From positions 108,500,001 to 108,564,000 of the forward strand of contig OZ024743.1 in NCBI GenBank assembly GCA_964016885.1: a stretch of DNA of 64,000 nucleotides. Reading direction: 5' to 3'. This DNA comes from Eledone cirrhosa. Its lineage: Eukaryota. Positions 59,762 to 64,000 of the stretch are shown here, piece after piece (the first letter of the stretch is position 1; each line of letters starts with the position of its first letter). The notes under the pieces were generated by a model. It saw nothing but the letters and a program-made list of their open reading frames with translations. It was not told the DNA's origin and ran no database searches. The position numbers and the translations under genes were made by a program.

Positions 59762-59833
<72 letters not shown>

Positions 59834-60767
59834 CTCTCTCTCTCTCTCCCTCTCTCTCTATATCTCTCCTCCATTCTTCCACTATCTTTCCATCTATCTC
59901 TGTTTATTCATCAACATTTTATGGGGGTGACGATGGTGAAAGTGACATATTTATTTATATATTTATTTATTTATTCATTTATTTTATCAAATTCATCGTT
60001 TCTTTTTTTTATATTCAGCTTTGCGCGGGAATAATTCCCCATCTCTCACGCTCTCTCCTTCAATTCATCGTTGTCATCATCATCGCCATCAACATCATCA
60101 TCCTCATTGGCATCGTCATTATCATCGTCGTCATCATCATCATCATCATCATCATCGCCATCATCATTATCATGCCATCATCATCATCATGCCATCGTCA
60201 TCATCGTCGTTATCATCATCATCATCATCATCGTCATTATTACATTCGAGTGACCCAGCTCAATTATATTTGTTAATATCACTTATTGTGATGTTTATTG
60301 TTGTTGTTGTTGTTGTTGGGGCCCCAGTTGTTGCTGCTGACATCGCCAACAATGAATCTGCTGCTGATACTTCAATTGATGGTTGTGATGATGATGTGAT
60401 AAGGAGGAGGAGGAGGGGAAGAAAATCGGGAATTGGAGATGCTAGAGGCAGAAGAGAGTTTACATTGTACGACCGAATTTAGTGAATGTGCAGTGTATTT
60501 ATTATTGAGGTGTAATTTTAGTATTCTGCATTGGAATATCTCCAACAATCTTCATACGAAGACGTGGATGATAATTTATGTCTCCAGTCTACAATTTATT
60601 CCAATATTTCCCCTCAAATCTCGCATGAGCTGTTCGATTTCTTACTTCGATAGTATGGGTTTGCAATATTTCGTCTGACAGACTCTATCTATATGAAGGT
60701 TGGAAAGCTGCCAGCATATTTCTGTTGATATTTAGACAAAGAATAAGTAGTAAGATTCCAGCGAGAA

Positions 60768-60892
60768 AGGTAAATAAAAATAGGTAAATAAAAATAGGTA
60801 AATAAAAATAGGTAAATAAAAATATGTAAATAAAAATAGGTAAATAAAAAGGTAAATAAAAATAGATAAATAAAAAAGGTAAATAAAAATAG
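60768..60892. repeat. 14-bp tandem repeat GGTAAATAAAAATA, about 9 copies
   Basis: Direct reading. Confidence 0.9.
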
Positions 60893-60900
60893 CTATTATA

Positions 60901-60941
<41 letters not shown>

Positions 60942-60942
<1 letters not shown>

Positions 60943-61585
60943 TGGCGGTGGATTGGCAGTATCGGTAGAGCGTCGGATGACATGCACTAAGACATAGAGT
61001 TACATACCTTTACGTTCTGTGTTTGAATCCCACCGAGATTAGCTTTGCATTTCATCTTTACTGGGTCGATAAAATAAAGCACCTGTAATGCATTTGGGTC
61101 GATTTAATCTTCTTTCCCCTCATCCAAAAATGTTGGCCTTCTGCCTAAATGAGTAATGAATATTATTATTATTTGGCGGTGGATTGGCCGTATCGGTAGA
61201 GTTTCAGACTCCACGCTTTGCAGCCTCGAGTTATGACGCTTTACGTTTTCAGTATAAACGCCGCCGAGGTTAGCTTTACCCTTCATCCCTACGGGGTCGA
61301 TAAAATAAAGTGCCACCAATGCACTGGTAGTCGATTTAATAGACTTCCCCTCGCCTAAAATTGTTGGCCTGGTGCCTAAATCAAAAACCATTATTATTAT
61401 TTGGCAGTATCGCTAGAGGGTTAGACATGCTTTCCAGAATAGTTACGTCCCTTTACGATCTCAGTTCAAATCCCGCAGAGGTTAACTTTGCCTTTCATCC
61501 TTACGGGGGTCGATAAAATAAAGTACCAGTAATGTACTGGTTTATTTCTGGCCTTGTGCCAAAAGTTGAAACAATTATTATTATT
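60942..61585 (+). mobile_element. Three head-to-tail SINE A copies separated by (ATT)n
   Basis: Copies at ~60942-61155, ~61172-61400 and ~61401-61585. Confidence 0.88.
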
Positions 61586-62509
61586 GTCATTGTTCCTTCG
61601 CTCAGTTTCTAACGCTGGAGATATATAATAGGTAACACCTCATATTTTTCGAGTACCCTCCACAATATACGATCTGTTCCACACATATGGTTAGTATTCT
61701 GTCACCAGTACCGTTGTTTTGTTTTGAAAACATGCAACTCAGACCACCATGCTATAACTATTTAAAGAAATAAAGTATATTTTTGAAATAAAGTAATTTT
61801 CCAAATGCTGTTGTTTGATAATTATCTAATACCCTAAAGTTATTTTGTGTGCAGTGCCTCATTTTGATTTCCGCTATTCCGCGATTTTTTCTAAGAGCTT
61901 CCAGAACCATCAAAATGTTTCATTTGAACTGAAAGTACGATCGGAAGCAAAGGTCCAAGATGCCGAGCAATGTAATAGAACAGACATCTAGAGATTATTT
62001 TTTTTTAAGTAAGAGTTTTAAGTAATCCTGTTTTACGGAGAGCTAGATCTGTAAAAAGTAGCCAAAATTGATATTTGTATTTCAGGTTTACAAAGTTAAT
62101 TTTCCTCTACTCCCCCGAGTCCTTCCAAAGAGGCAATCAATATTTGCACGTCAGTTAGTTATTGAAGTGGAGGCTCTGATCATTTTACTGGATCTCTCGA
62201 TAACTGACTTTCATCTAATGGACGACACATTATTTGACTGCTTCTATCTGAATGGACTTCAAGTCATATCTACTTCATCAGATACTTGTTGAACAGTTTG
62301 AAAGGATAACAGACTTTACGTGACTCACTCTAACTAACCGTTGAATATAAATCATGAGACATTTTCCATGAATTAATTAAGCGTTTTATCTTTGTAAGAT
62401 CTACCTCCCTCTGAAACCTTCTCTCTATTTCTAATATACATTGTGTATATATCTATCTATTTTAGTATGGTCTCTCTGTTTCCTACTCTTTCATTTTAAT
62501 ATATATATG

Positions 62510-62630
<121 letters not shown>

Positions 62631-62732
62631 ATATATGTATATATAAATATACATATATATATGTATATATGTATATATATAATATATACATATATATACA
62701 TATATATGTGTAATATATATATATATACATAC

Positions 62733-63222
62733 ATGGTGGCTGCCAACTCGTTTTCGAGTACGGCCACTACTTTATGTTCATGTAAGAGAACCCTTACCGA
62801 TGCCCTGAACGAGTGTGACTTTTTAGTCCAGCCAGCGACTTGAAAACTCTGGTGCAAACACTACACTTGTCACAATTATTGACACATAGTGTTGGGCCCA
62901 TGGTACCATGTGAAGACAAGTGCAGAGAGATCTCCCGATATAAAGCAATATACATACATTTATACATGGTGGCTGCCAACTCGTTTTCGACTACGGCCAC
63001 TACTTTATATCCATGTAGGAGAACCCCTACCCATGCGCTGAACGAGTGTGACTTTTTAGTCCAGCCAGCGACTTGAAACTCTGGCACAAACACTACACTT
63101 GTTACAATTATTGACACATAGTGTACATGGTACCATGTGACGACAAGTGCAGAGAGATCTCCAGATACAAAGCAATGTCTGTGCCGTGAAGCTTTTATAG
63201 TGAACAAAGGCACTGCACAAAG
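62733..63222 (-). mobile_element. Two tandem 3'-end fragments of the RTE-like element
   Basis: 62733-62950 and 62966-63222 match 26689-26940; encode [23 protein letters not shown]-stop; (ATGT)n context. Confidence 0.7.
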
Positions 63223-63758
63223 TATATACATACATACATAATACATACATACATACATACATACATATTACATACATACATACATACATATATACATACA
63301 TACATATATAAAGCAATATACATACATACATACATACATACATACATACATACATACATACATACATACATACATACATACATACAGATATAAAGCAATA
63401 TACATACATACAGACATACATATGTAACTATCTCAACTGATTAACAACAGATAATCCAAACCAACTATAGAAGATCATTTTATACTTGGTATACGACTTA
63501 ATGACAAAATTAAATTTCTAATTAAAAGATGGCGTATAAATTGAGAAGCTAAATAGAACACAAAATAACATAAATGTTCAATTAAAATAACCGAAATCGC
63601 CATTAACCGTATAGTCGCTCAAATCAATAAACACATCTCACCTACAAATACCTATGTTGTAAAGATTCTCTTTATTATAAAGAACACCTGAAATAGATTT
63701 CTTCTTCTTCTTCTTCTTCTTCTTCTTCTTCTTCTTCTTCTTCTTCTTCTTCTTCTTC

Positions 63759-63789
<31 letters not shown>

Positions 63790-63876
63790 GTATGCATTCA
63801 CACACAACGCACACATACATACACAACACACACGCTCACACACATACACATACACACACACACATACACACACACA

Positions 63877-63965
<89 letters not shown>

Positions 63966-64000
63966 TAATAGACGTTTATATTATAGATACCTATTTTGAA

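Overview
Eukaryotic, AT-rich, extremely microsatellite-rich animal DNA ((TA)n, (CA)n, (GA)n, (TACA)n, (ACT)n, (CTT)n). The repeat content resembles a cephalopod (octopod) genome; this is an inference. Nearly all listed ORFs are microsatellite artefacts. Recognisable content: about 20 copies of one tRNA-derived SINE, older degenerate SINEs, four decayed Penelope-like element (PLE) coding fragments (RT C-terminus and/or GIY-YIG), an internally deleted RTE-like LINE with further 3' fragments, small MITE-like elements, tandem repeats and one convincing isolated 81-bp exon, so the window is probably mostly intron. The main signal is about 15 fold-back (palindromic) insertions from at least 6 different sequence families, most of them in (TA)n tracts. 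Many carry type I hammerhead ribozyme motifs on both arms. They share one asymmetric design: a short arm that stops at a family-specific fixed internal site, and a long arm with an extra tail of roughly 45-105 nt. This suggests a double-priming integration mechanism for TA-targeted, ribozyme-bearing PLEs. Coordinates were read by eye and may be off by a few bases.
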